Assembly: GCF_001194135.2 (NCBI RefSeq)
Contig: NC_068996.1
Span: 53,251,297 to 53,315,296, forward strand
Length of the DNA: 64,000 nt
Direction: 5' to 3'
Origin: Octopus bimaculoides
Taxonomy: Eukaryota
Both the position numbers and the translations under genes were made by a program. Shown here piece after piece: positions 63,788-64,000 of this stretch. Each line of letters opens with the position of its first letter. Within the stretch, counting starts at the first letter, position 1. The notes below the pieces were generated by a model, which did not search any database, had not been told where the DNA came from, and saw only the letters and a program-made list of their open reading frames with translations.

Positions 63788-64000
63788 AGCAGTACCATAC
63801 TGTTATTAAGTACCATATGTTATTAAGTAAAATACCGGGGGAAAATAACATTGAATGTAATTGAATTCAGGAATTCTACATATGAAGAAGAAAGAAATGC
63901 TATGTTTTCACTTCAATACAAAAGTTGTATTAATCCTAACAGAATACTGCAGAAATAGAAAAATAGTTTGTGAAATTAATGGAAAGTGCTGACAAAAGAA

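Noticed and set aside
58202-64000. First coding exon of SETD1 (expected YKL..DP...YRYDG-like peptide)
   Set aside because: No matching minus-strand frame found by eye; it probably lies beyond the window.

Overview
AT-rich, microsatellite-dense animal genomic DNA with several N gaps. The repeat content is what I associate with Octopus (coleoid cephalopod); the species call is inference. The window is dominated by one minus-strand gene, the Set1/COMPASS H3K4 methyltransferase SETD1 (SETD1A/B orthologue). I reconstructed 14 GT-AG coding exons from 58201 to 9743. They join in frame to 5289 nt (1762 aa plus stop) and encode the RRM, a long disordered region, N-SET, the WIN motif, SET and post-SET. 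The first coding exon appears to lie beyond the right edge. The introns hold RTE LINE fragments, tRNA-derived SINEs, a Tx1/L1-clade element, two Penelope-like element (PLE) lineages, mariner/pogo, piggyBac, hAT-like and MULE-like relics. The most interesting signal is a PLE terminal repeat built as tRNA-like head + (AAT)n + minimal type I hammerhead ribozyme. It occurs in four ribozyme-spanning copies; one (29603-29648) has an intact core on the SETD1 sense strand. Several long fold-back structures sit next to the exons for the WIN motif and the SET domain.
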